A stretch of DNA of 64,000 nucleotides, taken from IMG/VR virus record IMGVR_UViG_3300043403_000102, positions 1 to 64,000 of that record, one strand, 5' to 3'. The translations under genes were made by a program, and so were the position numbers. Numbering within the stretch: position 1 is the stretch's first letter; each line of letters opens with the position of its first letter. Origin of the DNA: a virus. The notes under the pieces were generated by a model. It did no database searches. It was not told the origin of the DNA and saw nothing but the letters and a program-made list of their open reading frames with translations. Of this stretch, positions 45,121 through 53,479 are shown one piece after another.

Positions 45121-45407
45121 CTAGATTGTCCAGTTGGCGGGATCATCGTACTGTCGCACTTCAGCACTTCAGGTGCGGCGAGCTCCCGCCACATCTCGCA
45201 CGCGGGGCAGTAGTCGAACCCGGCATCGGCGTGCTCGAACCACGCATGTCGCTTGTAGGCACCTCCATAAAACTGGTGAAGCTCGGGGTCATAGTCCTTT
45301 GGCTTTGTACACGGCCCTCCTTCATGGTGCACGAGCAACCCGCCGCTAAGAACTGACCGGGGGTTGCGGAGTAAGCTCGTGCAGGCCAAGCGCTGAGGAA
45401 GGGTCAT
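45117..45407 (-). CDS. Zinc-finger-like microprotein, family B
   Basis: VHHEGGPC..CPACEMW. Confidence 0.75.
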   Translation of the reverse strand: MTLPQRLACTSLLRNPRSVLSGGLLVHHEGGPCTKPKDYDPELHQFYGGAYKRHAWFEHADAGFDYCPACEMWRELAAPEVLKCDSTMIPPTGQSR

Positions 45408-45607
45408 CGCTCGGCCGCCATGAAGCGTGCAAACATCTCGCATGCGGGGCAGCGTCGTATGTCGACGCCATCACCAGAAGGCTCGAACCAGGTTCGGTAA
45501 TGGATACGCCCTGCCCTCTCGTGCGTTTCGTGTTCATAGCCTGGCGGCTTCACGCAGGGTCCCTCCTCATAGTGCGCGATGTAGCCGTACTTAGTTCTTG
45601 GGGTCAT
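45404..45607 (-). CDS. Zinc-finger-like microprotein, family B
   Basis: AHYEEGPC..CPACEMF. Confidence 0.75.
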   Translation of the reverse strand: MTPRTKYGYIAHYEEGPCVKPPGYEHETHERAGRIHYRTWFEPSGDGVDIRRCPACEMFARFMAAER

Positions 45608-46436
45608 CGCTGCTCGTGGTGGTGACGGTACCGAAGAGGTCCTCGGCGCTAACACCGGGGGGCATGGCACCTCCGCTGGTGATGATGTAGTCGAGCTGCT
45701 CGGGCGTGAGCTTCTGAAAGGCGGCGAGCGCAGAGGCTGCGGTGCCCATGATCTCGGCCCGCGAGGTAGGGCCCCCACGCCAGAAGGACTCGATGCGACC
45801 GACGGCCTCGACGGAGTTGACGATGGTGCGCCAGGCATCGGCCATCTCAAGCGCGGAAGCAGGGACATCCTCATCGATGACATGAACGTCGCCGTGCTTG
45901 TCGAGCACCTTGCGTTTGCGGTTCTTGATGAACTCGGCGCGCTGGGTCGCGACGTTGGCCTTCATGATGAGGTTGCCGAGGCCAATCTTGGTGGCGTGGG
46001 AGAGCTTGAGCATGTGGGCCTTGTTGGCCTCCCACTCCTCGGACTCCTTCTTTTTCTTGTCCTCGATGGTGCTGGTCTTGGCCGTGGCTGCGGCTGCCTC
46101 CCATACGCGCAGTCGTTCGATGAATGATGGGAACCCACGCTCGGGATAGCCGTCCTCGACGAGGCGCGAGATGGTCTGAAAGGACAGGGAGAACATGGCG
46201 GAAAGCCTGGACTTATTGCGGGTGCCGTCTCGCCAGGATTCCCATATGGCTTCGTAGAGCTCGGCGTCGATGCGCTTGCCGTGGTGCTTGTGCTTGGGGT
46301 CGCCCTTGATGACCTTGCGCTTACCCTTGATGTAGCTCCCGCCGTTCTTGGCTGTGGTGTGCGGGGGTGGTATGACCGTCGTGGGGTCGGGGACGTTTGG
46401 CGGTGGTGGTGCTGGCGGGTCGTTCGGGTTGGACAT
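45591..46436 (-). CDS. Putative terminase small subunit
   Basis: HTH (NKSRLSAMFSLSFQTISRLV), coiled coil, GGPTSR.E and LTPEQL tail; upstream of the TerL ATPase; AGGAGG SD. Confidence 0.55.
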   Translation of the reverse strand: MSNPNDPPAPPPPNVPDPTTVIPPPHTTAKNGGSYIKGKRKVIKGDPKHKHHGKRIDAELYEAIWESWRDGTRNKSRLSAMFSLSFQTISRLVEDGYPERGFPSFIERLRVWEAAAATAKTSTIEDKKKKESEEWEANKAHMLKLSHATKIGLGNLIMKANVATQRAEFIKNRKRKVLDKHGDVHVIDEDVPASALEMADAWRTIVNSVEAVGRIESFWRGGPTSRAEIMGTAASALAAFQKLTPEQLDYIITSGGAMPPGVSAEDLFGTVTTTSSDDPKN

Positions 46437-46611
46437 GTCTGGTCTCCTCCTTGGGGTATCCCGCCTGCCGGTGCGCTGTCCGTGAGCGTACTGGGGAGTC
46501 GAAGAGCGGGGTGCTGATGGTTAAGATACGCCGCGTGATGGGCTTTGGGCAAGGAGGCTTGGATTAGGCGGGGTTCGGGTACGGGCTGGAAGATGGCTAT
46601 GCTGCAGAGTT

Positions 46612-46947
46612 TCAGGGCGTGGTCTCGTCATCCTGCTCGGCGTAACGAGCCAGCCGGTAAGCCATGTCGGCGGCGACGTGCTCGACGTAGAACTGCGCAG
46701 CGAGGTCTTTGAGGTCTTGGATTACCTGGTCTTCGGGGGCTCTGTTTGTTATCCGGCGTCGAACGCGATGCGGGGGATCTGGGTAGTTGCGCAGCTCGAC
46801 GGTGACGCGCCCTATGCGGCTGATGATACAAAAGGAGCCGCTCGTACCAATCCAATCAAGCCTGCCGTTGGAAGCGGGCTTGCCGCATATGGAGTTGCTG
46901 TAGAGCGAGCCATAGGGCTTCCACAGCAGGGTGGGGTGACTGCTCAT
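46612..46947 (-). CDS. Small protein, family C
   Basis: LLW N-terminus; LKDLA..HVAADMA..L C-terminal helix. Confidence 0.6.
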   Translation of the reverse strand: MSSHPTLLWKPYGSLYSNSICGKPASNGRLDWIGTSGSFCIISRIGRVTVELRNYPDPPHRVRRRITNRAPEDQVIQDLKDLAAQFYVEHVAADMAYRLARYAEQDDETTP

Positions 46948-47228
46948 AGATCCCATCTCGGCTTCACACCATGCTCCAGCAGCTTGGCGAAATGCTCGGC
47001 CACAAGTTCCTCCCAGCGGGCCTGCGCCATGGCCTTGGCCGTATCCATCGTGACGTCAAGGGCCTTCGTCAGAAGGAAGTTTTCGCACATGATGGGGCTC
47101 GGGATGCTGCGGACTTGAACGCGATACTGGTTGGGCTCAATCCAGACGGTGGCCACGTGCCTGTCATCTGCCGTGAACCCGTTACAAGCCAGGGCTTCGA
47201 AGCCGTTGTACGTCCAGCGAAGGCTCAT
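46944..47228 (-). CDS. Small protein, family C
   Basis: MSLRW..GFT.D..VTMDTAKAMA..VAEHFAKLL. Confidence 0.65.
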   Translation of the reverse strand: MSLRWTYNGFEALACNGFTADDRHVATVWIEPNQYRVQVRSIPSPIMCENFLLTKALDVTMDTAKAMAQARWEELVAEHFAKLLEHGVKPRWDL

Positions 47229-47500
47229 GGCTTGCTAAGACGCTTGGCCATGCTTCCGGCCACCGCGCGCTCAAAGGCCCCTTGGGCGTTGCGTTTGGCG
47301 TCGTTCAAGGTGACCCCCTGGGTGGAGAACATGAACTGCTCGGTGGTGATCCATGAGGCGAAGATCTGAATTCGATACCGTTGCATCTGGGGCTCCAGCC
47401 ATATGATGGACGCCAGGCAGTGAGTGTCAGGCGTGAACCCGTCGACGCGATTGTCAACGACGCCCCCCCATTGAATCAATCTGCCCTTGACGATGTCCAT
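47225..47500 (-). CDS. Small protein, family C
   Basis: IQW..GFTPD..VTLNDAKRNA..VAGSMAKRL. Confidence 0.65.
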   Translation of the reverse strand: MDIVKGRLIQWGGVVDNRVDGFTPDTHCLASIIWLEPQMQRYRIQIFASWITTEQFMFSTQGVTLNDAKRNAQGAFERAVAGSMAKRLSKP

Positions 47501-47538
47501 GTTGGTCCTTATGCTAAGTGTCCCCCGTGGGGGACACT

Positions 47539-47823
47539 TCAGGTAATGCCTACGCACGCAAGAAGCCCTGCCATGTACCGCGCGACGTGCCTCTCAGAGG
47601 ACCAGATCTTTTCGGCGTGCGCCTTTGCTATCTCTACAGTGCGGGGCCTGTACGTTTTGGAAAGCCAGGGTTTGTTGTGCACCGTCAAAACAAGCGGCCC
47701 TCGCGTGTAAATCTTTGAGGAGTTGTACACGAACACGCGAGCACCGACGTCGGTGCTATCGCCTAGGTAACCTGTGTGATACGTCACGCTCTGGTTATTC
47801 CAGCAAACCCATCGCAGCTTCAC
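47539..47823 (-). CDS. Small protein, family C
   Basis: MKLRW..TVEIAKAHA..VARYMAGLL. Confidence 0.65.
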   Translation of the reverse strand: MKLRWVCWNNQSVTYHTGYLGDSTDVGARVFVYNSSKIYTRGPLVLTVHNKPWLSKTYRPRTVEIAKAHAEKIWSSERHVARYMAGLLACVGIT

Positions 47824-48134
47824 GGCTTCACCAGTGCGTCTTCCATCTTCAGGGCCCGGAAGGCATTCATTCGCTCCGTGATGGATCGGGTGGTGTCGAG
47901 TGCGTTGGCCAGCTCCAAGGCGAGGTTGTTGAGGTACCCAACTTCGGGATAGGCCCAGCCAAGGAGTTGGCCGCCCGAGATGTAATCGCCGGGACCGTCA
48001 CCAAACCCGGGCTGTCCCAGCACATTGCCTAGGGAACGCATCTGGCGAGCCCAATCATCCCAAAGGATCCTGAGCTTGTGAGCCTCGGCCAAGAGCTCGG
48101 CCCTGGCGAGCACCGCGGGGCTGAACGACATCAC
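47820..48134 (-). CDS. Hypothetical protein
   Basis: Coupled ORF. Confidence 0.5.
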   Translation of the reverse strand: MMSFSPAVLARAELLAEAHKLRILWDDWARQMRSLGNVLGQPGFGDGPGDYISGGQLLGWAYPEVGYLNNLALELANALDTTRSITERMNAFRALKMEDALVKP

Positions 48135-49816
48135 ACGGCCTCCAGCCGGGAGCCGTCGACGTCATCCTTGACGGCGCGCATGACCGTGGACCTTGGGAAC
48201 AGCGTCTGGACCTCGGGGTTGTGGGTGATGACCAGGACCTGCCGCCCTTGCCCCAGGGCTTCGAGGTACGAGGCCACCCGTGCGATGCCATCCCGGTCGA
48301 GGGCATCGAACACCTCGTCGAAGGCCACGAACCCCTCGGCGTCGGGCCCCAGGAGTTGGGCCAAGGCCAGCAGCAGCGCAACGTCTACGCGGCTGCGCTC
48401 GCCCGAGCTGGCCCCCCCGTACTCGCCCCCGCCCGCCCCGATGACTTGGAACGAGATGGCATCGATGGCCTTGCCGCTCTTAAGCTGCGCCGTGGCGCTG
48501 ATGCCGACCTTAAGGTCGAGCCCTAGCTGGCCGAGCACCTGGTTGGTGGCGTGCTCGATTTGCTTAAGGGCACGTCCTAGGAGCATATGCCTAGCGCCCC
48601 TAAGGCCGTAGACCTCGGCCGTGGCCCCGAGGACAGCGACACGGGTTCGGATCTTGGCCAGCTCCGCGGCGACGACGGCCTGCTCGGCTTCGAGGTCGGT
48701 CGTGTCCTTGTCGCGGGCCGCGCGCATCTGGGCGACGAGCTCGGCCTCCCTCAGCTCCAGCGTGAGGCGTTCGACGTCCGTGCGGGCGGTAACGGCCTCC
48801 TGATTGAGGGCCTCCCCCCGTGCGTCAAGGACGGTCTTCTCGCCCTCGACCTCGGAGAGCTCCTCCTCGAAGCCCTTGATGGCGCCTAGGAGCTCGGCCA
48901 GGGCCTCGGACTGCTTTAGGCGATCTTCCCCTAGGACGGTGACGATGCGGGCCTTGGCGGCCTCCTCAATCGCTTGGAGGCAGGTCGGGCACTGGTCCCG
49001 GACTTGGAGCGCCAGCACCCGGGAGTCGAGCTTGGTCAGGGCGGCCTTCATGTCGTAGGTGCGCGCCTGGGCCCCGGTCAGGTTCTTCAGGGCCTTGTCC
49101 CGGGCCAGGCTCGTCGCGGCAAGCAGCTCCTTGAGTTTGATCTTCTTGTCCTGGGTTCGAAGGAGCGCCTCGGTAGCGGCCTGCTTCTCGGCCGTGATGG
49201 CGTCGAGGGGGCGCGTGGCCTTGAGAGCGGGCTGGGCCTCGATTGCGGCGATGCGCTTGGTCAGGGCGAAGGCTTGGCCGTCGAGCTGCATCTGGCGGTC
49301 GCTGGCCTCTCGCAGGCGCACCTTGAGCACGTCGGCGGCTTCGCCGAACCGCTCGAGCCCGAGGAAACTTTCAAGCAGCTCCTTGCGTTCCTTGTCGGTG
49401 CTGGCCCCAAACTTGGCGAGGAACTCCTTAGCGAACAGGCGCGTGGCCGTGAACCGGGCCCAGGGACCTAGGAGGTTTTCGATCTTGGTTTGGGTCTCGG
49501 TGGCGGTCTGCCCTGCGAGGTCCTCGCCGTCTCGGGTGAGCAGGATGGTGGCGGTCTGTTTGTTGCGCGTACGCCCCACCGCCCAGTCATGGCCCTTATG
49601 GGTGAAGTTGACTTGGGCGCTGGCGCTCTTGGCCCCCGGGGGCACGGGGCTCTTACCCCGAAGGGTCTCGCCATAGAGAGCCCAGCACATGGCCTCCATC
49701 ATCGTGCTCTTGCCTGCACCGTTGTCGCCCGTGAGCAGCGTGACCCCGTCGACGGGGGACCAGGCCCCCGCGTGATAGGTCATGAAGTTCTCGAGCTTGA
49801 TTGATTGGATCTTCAT
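48131..49816 (-). CDS. SbcC/Rad50 (T4 gp46-like) ATPase
   Basis: LENFMTY, GDNGAGKS, CPTC zinc hook, SSGERSR, FDEVFDALD, VITH. Confidence 0.95.
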   Translation of the reverse strand: MKIQSIKLENFMTYHAGAWSPVDGVTLLTGDNGAGKSTMMEAMCWALYGETLRGKSPVPPGAKSASAQVNFTHKGHDWAVGRTRNKQTATILLTRDGEDLAGQTATETQTKIENLLGPWARFTATRLFAKEFLAKFGASTDKERKELLESFLGLERFGEAADVLKVRLREASDRQMQLDGQAFALTKRIAAIEAQPALKATRPLDAITAEKQAATEALLRTQDKKIKLKELLAATSLARDKALKNLTGAQARTYDMKAALTKLDSRVLALQVRDQCPTCLQAIEEAAKARIVTVLGEDRLKQSEALAELLGAIKGFEEELSEVEGEKTVLDARGEALNQEAVTARTDVERLTLELREAELVAQMRAARDKDTTDLEAEQAVVAAELAKIRTRVAVLGATAEVYGLRGARHMLLGRALKQIEHATNQVLGQLGLDLKVGISATAQLKSGKAIDAISFQVIGAGGGEYGGASSGERSRVDVALLLALAQLLGPDAEGFVAFDEVFDALDRDGIARVASYLEALGQGRQVLVITHNPEVQTLFPRSTVMRAVKDDVDGSRLEAV

Positions 49817-50961
49817 TGGTCTCTCCCAGCGCTGAGCGCGTTCCAAACCCCCAAGGCCTCGGCGTGGACGTCATCCCTCGATACCCCGGGCGGTAACGTC
49901 ATCTGCTCGATGAACTCGGCAATGGCCGCCTTGGCATCGGACACCTGAGGCAGCGGCCCCAGGTCAATCGTGGCGTCGACGGGGGCCGCGTCTTCCACGA
50001 CAATCGCACCGGTTGCCAGGACGGCACGCACCTTCTCGCCTGCCTTCGGTCCGAGGCGCGCATAGACGGGGTGGGACTTGGCGACCAGCATAGGCATCGC
50101 CATCGCGGCGTCGTTCGCCTCGTCCACGCGAAAGAACCGAGGCCCGGGGACTTCGACCCCTGTGATTGAATCAGGGACATACAGGGACAGGCCGCCCACT
50201 GCTGGGTAGGTGCCGTCATCACCGAAGCCATGCGGAATTAGCGTGCCTACCTGAAGGATGCTCATCGCCCCGGTGACGCCCTCGCACTCCCAGAACTCAC
50301 GGTGGTGGAAGTTCCCGACGAAGCAGTCGAGGACCCCGAGCCTCGTCATCACATCGAACAGGGCATCGTAATGGATGGCATCGTTGGCTCGGGCCTTCCA
50401 TTCTCCCGCGCCCTTGTCGTCCCCGTAGACACCAACGTGTGTGATTAAGATCTTACGAGTATTGATCAACTCGCAAGGCGGGGGCTCGAAGGTCCGCAGG
50501 TACTCGGACATGGGCATCTGAGACTGGAACGGCACGCAGAGGGCCGTGATGCCCAACTCCTCCATGTCAATCCAAGTCGGCTCGGTGACGATGGTGGCCT
50601 CGTTGAACAGCGGGGCCAGCGCCGTGTTGCCGTCCTTGGCGGTGGCGTCGGGCATGTCGTGGTTCCCCGGGATGAGCACGACCCCCATGGTCTGGGCGTC
50701 CTCGCTGCTCAGCACGTGCTTCACGGCCGCGATGAGTGAGGGCTCGGGGCGGCACTTGTTAAAGAGGTCACCGGCCACGAACAGCACCTTCACCCCTGCG
50801 GCCTTGGCCTTGGAGATGGACGCGCTAAAGGCGTCGAGAGTTTCCTTTGCTCTACGGTTCAGGCCCGCGATGATGGGCCCTCCATACTTGGGGTGGTTGT
50901 CGATGTGAAGGTCGGCCACGATGCCGATGCAGTTGGATTCCTTTTTCTTGGCAGCCATCAC
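49813..50961 (-). CDS. SbcD/Mre11 (T4 gp47-like) nuclease
   Basis: ADLH, AGDLF, PGNHD, THV, GNFH. Confidence 0.92.
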   Translation of the reverse strand: MMAAKKKESNCIGIVADLHIDNHPKYGGPIIAGLNRRAKETLDAFSASISKAKAAGVKVLFVAGDLFNKCRPEPSLIAAVKHVLSSEDAQTMGVVLIPGNHDMPDATAKDGNTALAPLFNEATIVTEPTWIDMEELGITALCVPFQSQMPMSEYLRTFEPPPCELINTRKILITHVGVYGDDKGAGEWKARANDAIHYDALFDVMTRLGVLDCFVGNFHHREFWECEGVTGAMSILQVGTLIPHGFGDDGTYPAVGGLSLYVPDSITGVEVPGPRFFRVDEANDAAMAMPMLVAKSHPVYARLGPKAGEKVRAVLATGAIVVEDAAPVDATIDLGPLPQVSDAKAAIAEFIEQMTLPPGVSRDDVHAEALGVWNALSAGRDQ

Positions 50962-51953
50962 TTCTCCTCTTCGGGTATTGCGGCAAGGTCGGCCTCAAAC
51001 TGCTCGATGCTGACAACGTCAGTCCAGCCCAAGTTGGCGAGCGCAGTCTTGATGGACTGGCACTTATCGGGCACGCAGCCGACATCCTTGGCGTGATGAA
51101 GGATGGCGTGCTTGTCGCTGAACCCCGTGGCGTAGTCGAGCTTGAGCTCGGCCTTGCGAAAGGGCGGGCACAGCTTGTTCTTCATGGCTTGGATCCCCAT
51201 GTAGCGTGCGCCCGGGCCGTCGCCCTTGCCGTGCCTGACATTGAGGCGCACCGATGCGTAGAACTTGATGGCGTTGCCGCCGGGAGTGGTCTCGGGGTTC
51301 CCGTACAGGACCCCGATCTTCATGCGCACTTGGTTGATAAGCAGGAGCGTGGCCCCGTGGCGGTGCTTGCCCAGCAGCGCCGAGAGCTGCCTCAAGGAGC
51401 GCGACCAGATGCGCGCCTGCTCGCCTATGGCGGCGTCCCCGGTGAGGCCCTCGTCGAACTCCTTCTTGGTCTTGCAGGCGGCCACGCTATCGACCGCAAT
51501 CAACATCGGGCGCTTGGTCTTAGCGAGAAGCCGCTCAATCTGCGGGAACATCCCGGCCTCCCCGTCCATGTAGTCGGGCTGCAACAGCAGGAGCTCGTCG
51601 GTGTTCACACCCAGCATGCGGGCCCACTCGGGGTCGTAGGCGTGTTCGACTTCGACGAGGACGGCTTGACCGCCTATGCGCTGGCACCCGGCAAGCATCA
51701 TGTTCATGACGCTGGACTTGCCCGCGCCTTCGCCCCCGTACATCTCAATCACGCGGCCCCAAGGAAGACCGCCTACTCCTAGGATGTAACGATCGAGCGG
51801 TGTAATCCCGGTGGGGAACACGCCCCTCACGCCGACGTTGGCGCTGGCCAACGTCATGGCGATGTCGTCGCGCTTGAACACCGTACAAAGATCATCGGCC
51901 AATGCCTGGGCGGACTCGGTACCCGTCGGGGGTTTCTTCTTGATCGCGGCCAT
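50958..51953 (-). CDS. recA: RecA/UvsX recombinase
   Basis: GGLPWGRVIE.YG.EGAGKS, VDSVAA, INQVRMKIG..GNPETTPGGNAIKFYASVRL. Confidence 0.96.
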   Translation of the reverse strand: MAAIKKKPPTGTESAQALADDLCTVFKRDDIAMTLASANVGVRGVFPTGITPLDRYILGVGGLPWGRVIEMYGGEGAGKSSVMNMMLAGCQRIGGQAVLVEVEHAYDPEWARMLGVNTDELLLLQPDYMDGEAGMFPQIERLLAKTKRPMLIAVDSVAACKTKKEFDEGLTGDAAIGEQARIWSRSLRQLSALLGKHRHGATLLLINQVRMKIGVLYGNPETTPGGNAIKFYASVRLNVRHGKGDGPGARYMGIQAMKNKLCPPFRKAELKLDYATGFSDKHAILHHAKDVGCVPDKCQSIKTALANLGWTDVVSIEQFEADLAAIPEEEK

Positions 51954-51972
51954 CGGTTCACCTCACACAAAT

Positions 51973-52097
51973 AAAAAAAGCGGCGGTGCTTTTTATCCGA
52001 TAGTCAGCAGCAAAGAATCCATGACGGTGCTGCGCTCGAAAGGACCAACTCACGCACGCAGCACCCGGATCTCGCTGGTCGGAATTTGCACCGCCGC
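51973..52097 (-). ncRNA. Putative long-hairpin small RNA / attenuator between ssb and recA
   Basis: 10-bp closing stem 52088-97/51980-89, internal stems TCCGA/TCGGA, CAGCGAG/TTTGCTG, GGTGCTGCG/CGCAGCACC; U7 tract; TAGACT 7 nt upstream. Confidence 0.6.
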
Positions 52098-52122
52098 AAA
52101 AACAAGTCTACTTCACGACGGT

Positions 52123-52902
52123 CTAAAAGTCGTCGTCATCAATACCCCCGCCGCTCTTAACGGGCGTGGCATCGACGTCGATAACACCAGGCGGCGGGGC
52201 ATCAGGATCTTCCCCCGCGAGGATGGCCGCGATCTCATCGGGCGTGCGGCGGGGGTAGACCGTGCTCAGGTCGTTCAAAGCGCCGAGCCAAGAACGATCG
52301 GCAATCGGGCTGGGTGCCTTAGAGAACCGCACCTTGTATCGGGTGTCCGTCTTGCCTGTGCCTTCGCGGTCGATGACCATGTTGTACCCGCGATCGGGAT
52401 GACTGATGTCCCCCAGGGCCGTGTCATCGTCAGGGCCACTCCCGAGCATCAACGTGAGAATGTCCCCGTAAATGCCGGGGGCGTACTCCGCAACGAGCAC
52501 CCCCAATGCGGGGTTCTGAAGGTCAATGACATTGGCCAAGATGCGGTGGCCTGCCGTGAAGTCGCCCGCCGTCTTGCTGGCCTGGCCCTGGCTGCGATAA
52601 AGCTCGGAGGCTTTGTCACAGGAGGCACACAGCTTCGACGCTCGTGTCTTGCGCGGGCACACGGTGGCCGTCTTCTTGGCGGGGTCATTGGGGTTGGGAA
52701 GGTAGTGAACATATGTCTCGTAAAACGGGGACCTGATGTGGGGTCCCCACGGGGGCAGAATGCGCACGAGGTTGCGCCCCACGACCAGCTTCATCTTGGC
52801 CTTCTGACGGGCGGCCTTCTGGTCGAGGATGTTCTGGCGGGCTTCTTGAAGGAAGGAGAGGTCGGCTTTGCCGTGGACTGTCAGTGCTTTGTCGTCGCTC
52901 AT
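52123..52902 (-). CDS. T4 gp32-like single-stranded DNA-binding protein
   Basis: VRILPP..H..CP..C..C, ANVID, P..GY..I..EG.G..TRY, acidic DDDF tail. Confidence 0.85.
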   Translation of the reverse strand: MSDDKALTVHGKADLSFLQEARQNILDQKAARQKAKMKLVVGRNLVRILPPWGPHIRSPFYETYVHYLPNPNDPAKKTATVCPRKTRASKLCASCDKASELYRSQGQASKTAGDFTAGHRILANVIDLQNPALGVLVAEYAPGIYGDILTLMLGSGPDDDTALGDISHPDRGYNMVIDREGTGKTDTRYKVRFSKAPSPIADRSWLGALNDLSTVYPRRTPDEIAAILAGEDPDAPPPGVIDVDATPVKSGGGIDDDDF

Positions 52903-52950
52903 GTGTGCTGGTTTCCTTTGGTTGCTGTTCTATGGGTTGCGTGTTGTGAT

Positions 52951-53442
52951 TTAGAGGTCGGAGTCGAGTAAGCGTTGGCGGGCCTTCGAGGTCGCAGTCT
53001 CGCCGTTGATGGAGGGGCTCGGCCTCATCTCGGCACGGTAGTTGGCCCCTAGGCTGATGAGCATCTCGCGCTTGGTCTGAAGGGCATCGCACACGTTGCC
53101 GACCTTCTCCACGTGCAGGGTTACGGAGTCCATCGCCTGTGCGGCACGCGTGAAACGCGGGTCGAGTATCGTGCTGGCCTTGACGAACTCATCGGTGGCG
53201 GGCTTGCCGTTGGACATCGTGGCCCCCTTGTATTCGATGTAAAGCTGCGACTCGACCACCTCAAGCTCGCGCTTGACCTGGCGCTGACGAGCCTTCGCTT
53301 CGGCGTAGCAGCCGCCGTAATACGCGACGTGACCGGGGATTGAGGTCATGTCGTTGTTGATCTCGGTCTCGTTCCCGATGCTCACGACCTCGCGGACTTG
53401 GTCCGGGTCGAGCATCGACGTGTCTTGCTTGGGGTTTGTCAT
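52951..53442 (-). CDS. UvsY-like recombination mediator
   Basis: Helical; K.T..VKA..DPR..ALQTKREMLISLG; adjacent to ssb/recA. Confidence 0.65.
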   Translation of the reverse strand: MTNPKQDTSMLDPDQVREVVSIGNETEINNDMTSIPGHVAYYGGCYAEAKARQRQVKRELEVVESQLYIEYKGATMSNGKPATDEFVKASTILDPRFTRAAQAMDSVTLHVEKVGNVCDALQTKREMLISLGANYRAEMRPSPSINGETATSKARQRLLDSDL

Positions 53443-53448
53443 GTTAGA

Positions 53449-53474
53449 TATTTAGGGGCGCCAGTTTGGTTTAC
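53449..53474 (-). promoter_or_regulatory. GTAAAC-N14-TAAATA motif, copy 6
   Basis: ATG 6 nt downstream. Confidence 0.8.
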
Positions 53475-53479
53475 CCGAA

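Noticed and set aside
38657-47823. Diversity-generating retroelement or CRISPR-like array behind the paralogue arrays
   Set aside because: No reverse transcriptase in the window, no template/variable repeat pair, differences not adenine-specific, no regular repeat-spacer period
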